Translations under genes and position numbers: made by a program
Notes under the pieces: model-generated
Seen by the model: only the letters and a program-made list of their open reading frames with translations
Databases searched by the model: none
Told to the model about the DNA's origin: nothing
DNA from: an uncultured Solibacteraceae bacterium
Lineage (GTDB): Bacteria; Acidobacteriota; Terriglobia; Bryobacterales; Bryobacteraceae
NCBI GenBank assembly: GCA_964429095.1
Contig: CAYSBM010000004.1
Location: 1-27,482, forward strand
Direction of reading: 5' to 3'
Length of the DNA: 27,482 bases
In this document: positions 16,567 through 26,206 of the stretch, in pieces
How positions within the stretch are numbered: the first letter of the stretch is position 1
Layout of the letters: each line of letters starts with the position of its first letter

Positions 16567-18738
16567 CTACCTCGCCTGCTCGAACTGGAACTCCCGCTCC
16601 AACCAGCCCCCACCGTCCTGAACGCGTACCTTAAGAACGTGCGCGCCGGGCGCGATTGCATCGTCGGAAGTGCGCTCCTCGCTGGTCAACACATACGGCG
16701 GCCGATCGTAAGCGTTCACCAGGCGGCCGTCGAGCCACAGTTCCACTTTGCCCGGCTGGAGACCTTCGATCCAGATACGCAGCCGCTCCCAGCTATGGTA
16801 TTGCGGCCCGTGCTCAGGACGGCTAAGGTAGATGCCCTTGCTGTAACGCGCCTGCTCGCTGCTCTCGCGAGCTTTCCAGCGCCGCAGGGCGCCAATCGAA
16901 GACGCCAGAGCCAGATAGCGGCGCGTCTCGGGACCTTCCAGCACGGGTCCGTCGCTTTGGTAGATGTAAATGCCCGGCGCTCCCAGCTCATAGGCGTGAA
17001 GAATTCGCTCCAGAAACATGCCCGGAAATGAAAGTCCCCAACCTAAAGCATCCACGCAAGGCAGCAGTTTGGCGCGCGTGCCTTTCAGGCCCTCGATGTA
17101 TTCGCTAATACCGTAATTTTGATGGCGGCCCTGGATGTTGGACGGCGCCAGGTAATCCACAAGGCCTTCGCGCGCCCATGCCGCGTAGTCCATGTGCTCC
17201 CATCCGACCACGCCGCGCGCTGGAAAGCGTGTGAGAATGTCGACATGCCTGCCCCGGCGCGAGCCGTAACGGTCCGCGAGCGCGCGCAACTGGCGGAAGT
17301 AACCTGTGACGGTTTCCTTGCTGGCGACCGAGTTCGGATACCGGCACCAGTCCAGGGAAATTGATTCGGCGCCGATTTCCAGCGCCTCCTCAAACAGGCT
17401 CAGCACATAAGCGCGCACTTCGGGCACTTCGTAGCGCAGGTGGCTGCCCTTGCGCCATTCCGGATGCAGGCGCGAGAACTCGCTTTCCAGCGGCGTGCCG
17501 GGATAGCAATTGGTGGCGCCGATGTTGGCGCGCAGACGCAGCCCCAGCAGACTTGCATAGCGCAGCGACGTTGCCAGGGTGTTGGTGTACTGTTGCATGC
17601 GGCCCACGTTGGATGTCCGCGGCACCATGCCGCGCACCGGGTCCCCGAAGGTGTCGGCCAGCAACTGGCTGCCGGCCCGGCTCTCAAACACCATGCGTGA
17701 CCCGCCGCGCCCGATCTGCATATCGAGCCAATCCAGCCGCGCTTGTTTGAACGCCTCGAGCGGTTCCCAGTGCTGCTGGTTAAATTCAACCTTGCGGGAA
17801 AAGGCCCAACTGTAAGGTTCGTAGTATCCCACCAGCAGCCGCCGGCCCTCGCCAGCGCCCCACTGGAGGTCGAGCGCCTCCACCTGGGCGCGGCTGAGCG
17901 GCACCAACCGTACCGCGCCAAGGTGTGCGCGGAAGCTGTCCTCGTATTCATAAACCGTGCCGTATGGCTGGAGGATGACGAGGTGTTGCCGCGTCATGTC
18001 CACCCAGCGCCAGAGGACTTCCCTGCCCGCCTGAGCGATGGAAAAATACTCGGGACGCGGATCGCCGCTCAACCGCAATTCGATGGCCCCCAGCTTGGCC
18101 GGCGTGGAAACAAACACTGCATACCAACCGCGCAGGTCCAGCGGATAGGTGAGCGGCGGCAATTCAACGCCCTTCTGCTTCACCTCGAGCGCGACGCCGT
18201 GCGGCGTACGCCGCAGCCACCAGACCGGCGCTCCGGGCGCCGGATTCTCCGACACGGCGCCCTTCTGCACCACCTGCGACCAGTCGTTCAACAACACCAC
18301 ATCGGAATTGTCAAGTTGCATGCGCACCTGCTGCTGCGACAGCAGGGCGTCTGCGCCGTAGACCGCGATGCGGAAGTCTACCGCCAGCTTGCGGGTCCCG
18401 AGCTCGAAGGGGTTCCACACCAGCGTGCGCCGCAAGCCGCCGGCCCGCCGCTCGGTGATCCGCCCTTCGCGGATGCCGGCGTTCCAGTCTGCCGGCTGCA
18501 TCAATTGGATGGCGGTGTCGCTTACGTAAGGCCACACGGCGGCGGGCGCCCCGGTGGCTGCGCCCTCCCAGCGGCCCTGCGCGTGCCCGGCCCCCAGCTC
18601 GGGCCCGCCTGCGGGAACCGCGTAGATCACCTTTACGTAGCGCGTGAGTGGATCCACAGAATACTCAAGACCCGCCGCCGGCAGAACGATGGATAACAGA
18701 ACCAAGAACAATGCGCCCATAGCAAACTCCCTTTTCAT
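16567..18738 (-). CDS. Secreted multi-domain protein with a GHL10/DUF187-like glycoside hydrolase TIM barrel (723 aa)
   Basis: ATG 18738 gives a signal peptide, MKREFAMGALFLVLLSIVLPAAG (alternative ATG 18720 after GGGAG). HPEWR...LRYEVPEVRAYVLSLFEE...SISLDWCRYP and WAREGLVDYLAP resemble GHL10-like barrels; the C-terminus is a small beta domain. The family call rests on motif recall. Confidence 0.7.
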   Translation of the reverse strand: MKREFAMGALFLVLLSIVLPAAGLEYSVDPLTRYVKVIYAVPAGGPELGAGHAQGRWEGAATGAPAAVWPYVSDTAIQLMQPADWNAGIREGRITERRAGGLRRTLVWNPFELGTRKLAVDFRIAVYGADALLSQQQVRMQLDNSDVVLLNDWSQVVQKGAVSENPAPGAPVWWLRRTPHGVALEVKQKGVELPPLTYPLDLRGWYAVFVSTPAKLGAIELRLSGDPRPEYFSIAQAGREVLWRWVDMTRQHLVILQPYGTVYEYEDSFRAHLGAVRLVPLSRAQVEALDLQWGAGEGRRLLVGYYEPYSWAFSRKVEFNQQHWEPLEAFKQARLDWLDMQIGRGGSRMVFESRAGSQLLADTFGDPVRGMVPRTSNVGRMQQYTNTLATSLRYASLLGLRLRANIGATNCYPGTPLESEFSRLHPEWRKGSHLRYEVPEVRAYVLSLFEEALEIGAESISLDWCRYPNSVASKETVTGYFRQLRALADRYGSRRGRHVDILTRFPARGVVGWEHMDYAAWAREGLVDYLAPSNIQGRHQNYGISEYIEGLKGTRAKLLPCVDALGWGLSFPGMFLERILHAYELGAPGIYIYQSDGPVLEGPETRRYLALASSIGALRRWKARESSEQARYSKGIYLSRPEHGPQYHSWERLRIWIEGLQPGKVELWLDGRLVNAYDRPPYVLTSEERTSDDAIAPGAHVLKVRVQDGGGWLEREFQFEQAR

Positions 18739-18974
18739 TGCTGACAGCGCCCGGTTTCGCGCCCGCACGAGGGAGGCGAACGCATGACGCAGCCCGAGGC
18801 CGTTGAGGCCGGCAGCGCCATACCCGAGGGAACCTCGAACGCCTCCGCCTGCATGAACATGACAAGTATCTCGTGCGGGTTCAACATCCCCATCACGGGA
18901 AAACAATCATGGCGTCTGTGAACGGGAGGGCGTGGATTCTCATAAACGATGCGGCTTTCATGGTGCTTGATCAT
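18735..18974 (-). pseudogene. 79-codon ORF coupled at both ends; probable remnant of a BNR/sialidase-like gene, or a small protein
   Basis: ATG 18974 overlaps the upstream TGA (18971-18973), and its own TGA (18735-18737) overlaps ATG 18738. Codons 1-47 (MIKHHESRIVYENPRPPVHRRHDCFPVMGMLNPHEILVMFMQAEAFE) look like the first blade of a BNR-repeat propeller; the rest is not protein-like. Confidence 0.45.
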
Positions 18975-20554
18975 GACTGGCGTTCGAAGGCGAAGGCAAA
19001 AAGCTCGGCCCCCTGTAAGTGGAAGCGCAGGCTGACGGGCTTTCCAGACAGTTCCCCCAGGGTGGCCCCCCTGGGCCAACGGACGGTGTGGGAAAGCGAG
19101 TCACCGCGAACCGGGAGCGAGATCCCGATTCGCGGGAACGCGTTTCCCGCCGCGTCCAGCGCTTCCACGCGCAGACTGCCGCCCCTGGCGACGCGCGCGT
19201 TGACTTTCAGGGTGTCTCCAGAGAAAACCACGGGGATGGTAGTCAACTGCGCAGCCGGTGTGAACCCATCGGCCGACACGAAACGGTCGCGCCGCCATTT
19301 TGCCAGGCCTATGCTGCTGGTGAACTTCGTCTTGCGATCGGGATGGTCCGGTCTGTAAAGCACGGGCGTACCATGCGTATAGTTGCCGCCACAGTAATAC
19401 AGCCATACTTCGTCCCCCACCTCGATGGTGCGCGCTGCGGTCATCTGCAACCCATGGTCCCACTCACCCGGCTTGCCGCGTGGAATACAGGGTATGCGGA
19501 ACGGACGCTCAAACCCGTCCAAATCGCGTGAAACCGCCAGTTGCACTTCGAACGGTCCTTCCTGGTTGCCATAGCGCGCCCGGTTGTTGATGGTGAACAC
19601 CCAGGGAAAGGCCAGGACAACAGAGGGCGTGGGATGGAAGCCCGCTCCGTAAAACTCGGTGCGCATCTCAGCGGGATCATCCGGAACGTCCAGGACCGTA
19701 CGGACTTGCTCGATTCGCGCCAGAGATCCGGCGTCGTCAGCCAGGTCCGGATACAGAACAAGCCGCGGCTTGGTCCAATCTTCAAAATCCGGGCTGGTCG
19801 TGAGGTAGAACACCCGGCGGCGGTGGCCGCGAATTTCGGCGCCGATTTTGGCCAAAGCCAGCCAGCGGGCACGGTGCTCATCCCAGCAGCCTGTCACTAC
19901 GTCGCTGCCCGGGCAGAAGGGCGAGCGGCTAAGGCGCGACCAGTGGATGCCGTCGGCGGAAACCATGGTGTGATACCCGCGCGACTCCGCCGGGTAGTGT
20001 ATGTAACAGATCATCTTATAGCGCCGGGCGGGATTGGGCTCGTTGCCGTCCTTGGTCACGCTCGGCAAGTGCGTGGCGTAAAGTATGGCGTTGTGAGGCG
20101 AGCCGTCGCGCGCCTTGAGCGTGCCGACGAGGGGTTTTTCCCAATGGATGCCGTCGGCGCTGGTGGCATACGCGGTTGAATTGTCGCTGGAACTGCGCGT
20201 TTCAGCCGGTCCAAATAGTCCGAGCGGTTCGATGACATACCACATCTTGAACAACTTTTCGCCGGCGTCGTAAAGGACGCTGCCGAACAGTTCCAGCCGC
20301 CATCCTTCCCATGGCTTGTCGGCCACCACCAAAGGGTTCGAGGGGTGCTTCTCGGCGGGGTGGAGGGTGAAGGCGACCGCGCGGCTATCGCGCACCAGAA
20401 CGCGGTCGGCCAGGAGCTGAGGACTGCTTCCAACTTCGAACGGGCTGGGTGCGCGGTAGCCTTGAGTCCCAGCCCTTGTCTGGAACCCGCCGGCGCGCCA
20501 CAGGCCGGAACCGGCGCACCCGATGCACTTCGCAAACAAGAGGCGGCTGATCAT
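18971..20554 (-). CDS. Beta-propeller glycoside hydrolase-like protein (GH32/GH43-clan-like) with C-terminal beta-sandwich
   Basis: NPLVVADKPWE; Asp-box-like YATSADGIHW, SADGIHW and TTSPDFEDW; RRDRFVS; then LTTIPVVFSGDTLKVNA...PVSLRFHL. The canonical invertase motifs NDPN, RDP and EC are not evident. Confidence 0.75.
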   Translation of the reverse strand: MISRLLFAKCIGCAGSGLWRAGGFQTRAGTQGYRAPSPFEVGSSPQLLADRVLVRDSRAVAFTLHPAEKHPSNPLVVADKPWEGWRLELFGSVLYDAGEKLFKMWYVIEPLGLFGPAETRSSSDNSTAYATSADGIHWEKPLVGTLKARDGSPHNAILYATHLPSVTKDGNEPNPARRYKMICYIHYPAESRGYHTMVSADGIHWSRLSRSPFCPGSDVVTGCWDEHRARWLALAKIGAEIRGHRRRVFYLTTSPDFEDWTKPRLVLYPDLADDAGSLARIEQVRTVLDVPDDPAEMRTEFYGAGFHPTPSVVLAFPWVFTINNRARYGNQEGPFEVQLAVSRDLDGFERPFRIPCIPRGKPGEWDHGLQMTAARTIEVGDEVWLYYCGGNYTHGTPVLYRPDHPDRKTKFTSSIGLAKWRRDRFVSADGFTPAAQLTTIPVVFSGDTLKVNARVARGGSLRVEALDAAGNAFPRIGISLPVRGDSLSHTVRWPRGATLGELSGKPVSLRFHLQGAELFAFAFERQS

Positions 20555-20560
20555 TGCTCT

Positions 20561-20566
20561 AGCATA
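20561..20566 (-). promoter_or_regulatory. -10 box, probably giving a leaderless mRNA for the minus-strand glycosidase operon
   Basis: Minus-strand TATGCT exactly 6 nt before ATG 20554; no Shine-Dalgarno sequence. Confidence 0.45.
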
Positions 20567-20596
20567 TACAAGGCGCGCCGCCTCGATGCATCGGAA

Positions 20597-20605
20597 TGTT
20601 ACGAT
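20597..20605 (+). promoter_or_regulatory. Extended -10 promoter of the trp/aro operon
   Basis: TG-T-TACGAT at 20597-20605, 14 nt before ATG 20620. Confidence 0.5.
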
Positions 20606-20619
20606 GGAGTTCTCCCCAG

Positions 20620-21401
<782 letters not shown>

Positions 21402-21405
<4 letters not shown>

Positions 21406-21998
21406 TGGTGAAAGTGTGCGGCATTACGAATCTGGAAGACGCACTGGCAGCGGTTGAAGCCGGCGTCTCGGCCCTGGGGTTCAACTTCTATTCCGGCAGT
21501 CCGCGCCGCATCCATCCCGAACAGGCCGCAGAGATCATCGCGCATCTGGGACCGGAGGTGATGAAAGTGGGCGTCTTTGTGAACGAGCCGGCTGCGCGGG
21601 TGGAATCCGTGGCCCGCGACGCGGGTCTTGACGTGGTGCAATTGCACGGTGTTGCGTTGCCTCCCGCCGGCTGGCGGGTTTGGCGCGCGGTGCGTGTGGT
21701 TCCCGGTTTTGATTTCGCCTCCTTGGACGCGCTTGAAGCCGAGGCGTTTCTTGTCGACGCTTTCGTTGAGAATGCTTGGGGCGGCACGGGCCGCAGTTGG
21801 GATTGGACGCTGGCTTCGGCCGTGAAGGGCCGTATCATTCTGGCCGGAGGTCTGGATGGCTCGAACGTCCGCGAAGCCATTCAAAAGGCCCGCCCCTGGG
21901 GCGTGGATGCCTGCTCGCGCATCGAAAGTTCACCCGGCAAGAAGGACCATGCGAAGATGAAAGCATTCATTGAAGCCGCGCTAGGGGAGGAAAGATGA
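21402..21998 (+). CDS. trpF: Phosphoribosylanthranilate isomerase
   Basis: [29 protein letters not shown] and GVDACSRIE; ATGA overlap with trpC. Confidence 0.96.
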
Positions 21999-23194
21999 GT
22001 ACGCCCATGCCGGAGCCGGGCGGGCATTTCGGCCCGTATGGGGGCCGCTATGTGCCGGAAGTCCTGATGGCGCCGCTTGAAGAACTCGAGCAGGCCTATT
22101 ACGAGGCGCGCCGCGACCCGGCGTTTCAGACTGAGCTAGATCAACTGCTGGCGGACTACGCCGGACGCCCGACGCCGCTGTACTTCGCCCGCCGCTTGTC
22201 GGAAACTCTGGGCGGAGCACAAATCTACCTCAAGCGCGAGGATCTGCTGCATACCGGTGCGCACAAGATCAACAATTGCCTCGGGCAGATCTTGCTCGCC
22301 CGGCGCATGGGCAAGCGCCGCATCATCGCCGAAACCGGCGCCGGCCAACACGGTGTAGCCACCGCCACCGTTTGCGCGCTATTCGGCATGGAGTGCGTGG
22401 TTTACATGGGCGAGGAAGACATGCGGCGTCAGCAGCTCAACGTATTCCGCATGCGTTTGTTGGGCGCGCAAGTGAGGGCCGTCGCCAGCGGCAGCCGCAC
22501 GCTGAAGGACGCCATCAATCAAGCCATGCGGGACTGGGTCACGAACGTCGCCGGCACTTATTATCTGCTGGGCTCCGCCCTCGGCGCACACCCTTACCCG
22601 CTCATGGTGCGCGATTTCCAGCGCGTAATCGGCGTGGAGGCGCGCCGGCAAGTCCTGGAGCGCGCCGGACGTCTTCCCGACGCCGTGTTTGCCTGCGTCG
22701 GCGGCGGCTCGAACGCCATCGGCATTTTCCATCCGTTTCTCGAAGATGCGGCCGTCCGCCTCATTGGGGCCGAAGCCGGAGGCCGGGGCGAATCACTGGG
22801 CGAGCATGCGGCCCGGTTCCGCGGAGGGTTGCCCGGTGTGCTTCAGGGGACCTATAGTTACGTCCTGCAAGATGAAGACGGGCAGATCGCCCCGACGCAC
22901 TCAGTCTCAGCGGGGTTGGATTACGCTTCCATCGGGCCGGAACACGCCTGGCTGCATGACCACGGCCGGGCCGAGTATGTGGCTGTATCGGACGCCGAAG
23001 CGCTGGAAGCCGCCCGCAGGCTGTCGCGCATCGAGGGCATCATCCCGGCGCTCGAAAGCGCCCACGCCGTAGCGGAAGCCATGCGCCGGGCGCCGCAGGC
23101 CGGCGGGAAAATCTTCCTGGTGAACCTCAGCGGCCGCGGCGACAAGGACATCGGCATCTACCGGGAAAACATGCGCGATTTGGAGGCCGAATGA
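21995..23194 (+). CDS. trpB: Tryptophan synthase beta chain (TrpB1)
   Basis: [16 protein letters not shown] (PLP Lys), [27 protein letters not shown] and NLSGRGDKD; ATGA overlap. Confidence 0.98.
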   Translation: MSTPMPEPGGHFGPYGGRYVPEVLMAPLEELEQAYYEARRDPAFQTELDQLLADYAGRPTPLYFARRLSETLGGAQIYLKREDLLHTGAHKINNCLGQILLARRMGKRRIIAETGAGQHGVATATVCALFGMECVVYMGEEDMRRQQLNVFRMRLLGAQVRAVASGSRTLKDAINQAMRDWVTNVAGTYYLLGSALGAHPYPLMVRDFQRVIGVEARRQVLERAGRLPDAVFACVGGGSNAIGIFHPFLEDAAVRLIGAEAGGRGESLGEHAARFRGGLPGVLQGTYSYVLQDEDGQIAPTHSVSAGLDYASIGPEHAWLHDHGRAEYVAVSDAEALEAARRLSRIEGIIPALESAHAVAEAMRRAPQAGGKIFLVNLSGRGDKDIGIYRENMRDLEAE

Positions 23195-24003
23195 GACGGA
23201 CGCGCATCGCAGATCTATTCGAACGCACGCGGGCCGAGCGCCGGGCTGCATTGATTACCTACATCACCGCGGGCGACCCGGCGCCGGACCTCACACCCTC
23301 GATGGTGGAGGCACTGGAACGAGGGGGCGCGGACTTGATCGAACTGGGAGTTCCCTTCTCCGACCCCGTAGCCGACGGGCCGGTGATCCAGCGCGCCGCC
23401 ATGCGGGCTCTGCAAGCCGGCACTACCTTGGCGCGGGTACTGGAAATCGCCCGCCGGATCCGCAGCCGGTCTGAGATTCCGCTTCTGCTGTTCACTTATC
23501 TGAACCCGGTGTTGCGCTATGGCGTCGAGCGGCTGGCGGCGGACGCCAACAGCGCCGGCATTGACGGGTGCCTGTTGACAGACCTCAGTGTCGAGGAGGC
23601 CGCCCAAGTGGTGCAGGTGATGCATGCGAACGGACTCGACACCGTATTCTTGGCCGCGCCTACCAGCACACCGCGGAGGCTGGAGCTGGTCGCCCGGTAT
23701 TCCACCGGATTTGTCTACCTGGTGTCCCGCACGGGGGTTACCGGGGAGAGCGATTCGTTATCAAATTCCGTGGCGCCACTGGTGGCATCCATGCGAGAAG
23801 TCACGAACCTGCCGCTGGCGGTTGGATTCGGCATCTCGAAGCCGGAACACGTGGAAATGGTGGCGCAACTGGCCGACGCAGTCGTGGTCGGCAGCGCCTT
23901 GGTCCGTATTATTGAACAAAACGCCGGCGCGGCGACTCTCGAAAAGCATTTGGAAGCGGCGGCGTGCGCGCTCCGGCGCGCCATTCGAGCCCCATCCGCA
24001 TGA
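23191..24003 (+). CDS. trpA: Tryptophan synthase alpha chain
   Basis: [41 protein letters not shown] and VVVGSA; ATGA overlap. Confidence 0.97.
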   Translation: MRRTRIADLFERTRAERRAALITYITAGDPAPDLTPSMVEALERGGADLIELGVPFSDPVADGPVIQRAAMRALQAGTTLARVLEIARRIRSRSEIPLLLFTYLNPVLRYGVERLAADANSAGIDGCLLTDLSVEEAAQVVQVMHANGLDTVFLAAPTSTPRRLELVARYSTGFVYLVSRTGVTGESDSLSNSVAPLVASMREVTNLPLAVGFGISKPEHVEMVAQLADAVVVGSALVRIIEQNAGAATLEKHLEAAACALRRAIRAPSA

Positions 24004-24323
24004 ACCGTGACGAAGCCCTACGTATTCTCGCCCGATGCCGCAATCAGATTGACGAACTGGATCTGCGCATCCTGGCGCTCCTCAACGAACGCACTCGCGT
24101 GGTCGAGGAAATAGGCCGCATCAAACGCGAACTCTCCTGGCCCATTTACGAGCCCAAGCGCGAGGATGAGGTTTTCCGCAACGTGACCGAAAATAATCCG
24201 GGGCCGCTACCGCCGGAGGCCGTCAAGCGTGTCTTCGAGCGCATCATCGACGAAATGCGGACGGTTCAGAAACTGCGCATGGTGAGCTCGGTTCCGGATC
24301 AAGCCAAGCAGGAAGAGGATTGA
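24000..24323 (+). CDS. Chorismate mutase, AroQ class, stand-alone (107 aa)
   Basis: ATG 24000 overlaps the trpA stop. LARCRNQIDELDLRILALLNER...IGRIK...YEPKRE...FERII is the AroQ signature. Confidence 0.92.
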   Translation: MNRDEALRILARCRNQIDELDLRILALLNERTRVVEEIGRIKRELSWPIYEPKREDEVFRNVTENNPGPLPPEAVKRVFERIIDEMRTVQKLRMVSSVPDQAKQEED

Positions 24324-24326
24324 GCG

Positions 24327-25340
24327 ATGTTAGTCGTAATGCAAGCAGGCGCCACCGAGGCGCAAATACAGCGTGTCATCGACCGGCTGGTGGAAGCCGG
24401 CTTCACAGTGCACCGTTCTACGGGCGTGGTTCATACCGTACTGGGAGGAGTGGGCCCGGTCGAGAATATAGACCTGGCCGATTTCGAGGTGATGGATGGC
24501 GTCAAAGAATGCCATCGCATCATGTCGCCCTACAAGCTCGCCAGCAGGCAATTTAAGCCTGGAGGCACCGTCATCCGCATCGGCGATGTCGATATCGGCG
24601 GTCCGAAAGTGGTCGTGATGGCCGGTCCATGCAGCATTGAGAACGCTGCGCAGATCGAGGCCGCTGCGGCCGCCGTGGCGCGCTCGGGAGCGCGCGTTCT
24701 GCGCGGAGGCGCCTTCAAGCCGCGCAGCTCCCCGTATAGTTTTCAAGGACTCGGTGAAGAGGGCCTGAAACTGATGCGCGAGGCGGCAGACCGTTACCAT
24801 CTGCTGACGGTGAGCGAGGTGATGGACCAATCGCAGATTCCGGTCATGCTGCCATACGTTGACATTTTTCAGGTCGGCGCGCGGAACATGCAAAACTATA
24901 CGCTGCTGCGCGAACTGGGCCATGTCAGCAAGCCCGTCCTGCTTAAACGCGGCATTTCTGCAACCATCGAGGAACTCCTGCTCTCGGCTGAATATATCCT
25001 GAGCGGCGGAAATCAGAACGTGATGCTGTGCGAACGCGGCATCCGCACCTTTGAAAGCTACACGCGCAACACCATGGACATCTCCGCCATCCCGGTGGTT
25101 AAGAAACTCTCACACCTGCCCATGCTGGCGGATCCATCGCACGGCACCGGCCGCCGCGACAAGGTGAGCCCCATGGCCCGCGCGGCGGTGGCGGCGGGCG
25201 CCGACGGCTTGCTCATTGAGGTGCACCCGGACCCGGACCATGCGTTGAGCGACGGCGCGCAATCGCTGCGGCCCGATCAGTTCGACGAACTCATGCAGCA
25301 ACTGCGCATCATCGCCCAGGCCGTGGGCCGCGAGTTTTGA
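24327..25340 (+). CDS. aroF: DAHP synthase, class I-beta, with N-terminal ferredoxin-like regulatory domain
   Basis: [58 protein letters not shown] and EVHPDP; N-terminal MLVVM...IGGVG module. Confidence 0.96.
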   Translation: MLVVMQAGATEAQIQRVIDRLVEAGFTVHRSTGVVHTVLGGVGPVENIDLADFEVMDGVKECHRIMSPYKLASRQFKPGGTVIRIGDVDIGGPKVVVMAGPCSIENAAQIEAAAAAVARSGARVLRGGAFKPRSSPYSFQGLGEEGLKLMREAADRYHLLTVSEVMDQSQIPVMLPYVDIFQVGARNMQNYTLLRELGHVSKPVLLKRGISATIEELLLSAEYILSGGNQNVMLCERGIRTFESYTRNTMDISAIPVVKKLSHLPMLADPSHGTGRRDKVSPMARAAVAAGADGLLIEVHPDPDHALSDGAQSLRPDQFDELMQQLRIIAQAVGREF

Positions 25341-25342
25341 AC

Positions 25343-26206
25343 ATGCATACGGTCGCCATCGTCGGCGTAGGATTGATCGGAGCCTCGTTCGGACTGGCGC
25401 TGCGCAAGGCCGGTTTCGGCGGCCGCATTTTGGGTGTCAGTTCCCCCGGCGCCATCCGCGACGCGCTGGACGCCGGGGCCATTGACCAGGGCCTGCCGCT
25501 GGAAGCCGCCGTAGCACAGGCCGATTTGGTTTACCTCTCGCAAACGATCAGCCGCATTCTCAGCACCATGGAAGGGCTGGACGAGCATCTCAAGCCCGGC
25601 GTTCTGGTGACCGACGCGGGAAGCACCAAGGCCATCATCGTTTCCCGCGCCCGGAGCCACATCCGCCGCGCGCAGTTTCTGGGCGGCCATCCGCTGGCCG
25701 GCAAGGAGACGCGCGGAGCTCGTAGCGCCGAGGCCGGCCTGTTCCGTGGACGCACCTACGTGCTGACGCCCATCGAAGACAGGGAGTTGGAGACGCCCGC
25801 CGCCAGAGAGTTTACCGGCTGGTTGCGCGCAATCGGGGCTCGCATCCTGACGCTCGATCCGGCCGGGCACGACCGCATCGTGAGCCTCACCTCGCATTTG
25901 CCGCAACTGGCCTCGACGGCGCTGGCCTCGTTGCTCGAGCGCAAGCTGGCATCGGATCGCGAAACGCTGGTTTCCGGACCGGGCCTGGCCGACATGACGC
26001 GGCTGGCCGCCAGTCCTTACGATGTCTGGGCCGACATCCTAGCCACCAACTCCGGCGAGGTCGCCGGGGCCCTGTCGGCCTACATCGCGGAACTGGAAGC
26101 GCTCCGCGAGCAGCTCACCACCGCAGGCATGCGCGGCGTCTTTGAGCGCGCCGCGCAATTCAGCCGGCGGCTGCGAGGATCTTCGACACCAGACCCGCCC
26201 GCGTGA
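25343..26206 (+). CDS. tyrA: Prephenate/arogenate dehydrogenase (TyrA family)
   Basis: Rossmann motif IVGVGLIGAS, TDAGSTK, GGHPLAGKE, HDRIVSLTSHLPQ, MTRLAAS and WADILATN. ATG 25343 preferred to TTG 25337. Confidence 0.94.
   Translation: MHTVAIVGVGLIGASFGLALRKAGFGGRILGVSSPGAIRDALDAGAIDQGLPLEAAVAQADLVYLSQTISRILSTMEGLDEHLKPGVLVTDAGSTKAIIVSRARSHIRRAQFLGGHPLAGKETRGARSAEAGLFRGRTYVLTPIEDRELETPAAREFTGWLRAIGARILTLDPAGHDRIVSLTSHLPQLASTALASLLERKLASDRETLVSGPGLADMTRLAASPYDVWADILATNSGEVAGALSAYIAELEALREQLTTAGMRGVFERAAQFSRRLRGSSTPDPPA

Noticed and set aside
18739-18906. N-terminal extension of the GHL10-like ORF to TTG 18906
   Set aside because: It would bury the signal peptide and overlaps the coupled 79-aa ORF.
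20555-20619. trp leader peptide or T-box attenuator
   Set aside because: No Trp-codon leader ORF or T-box motif, and the gap is only 65 bp.
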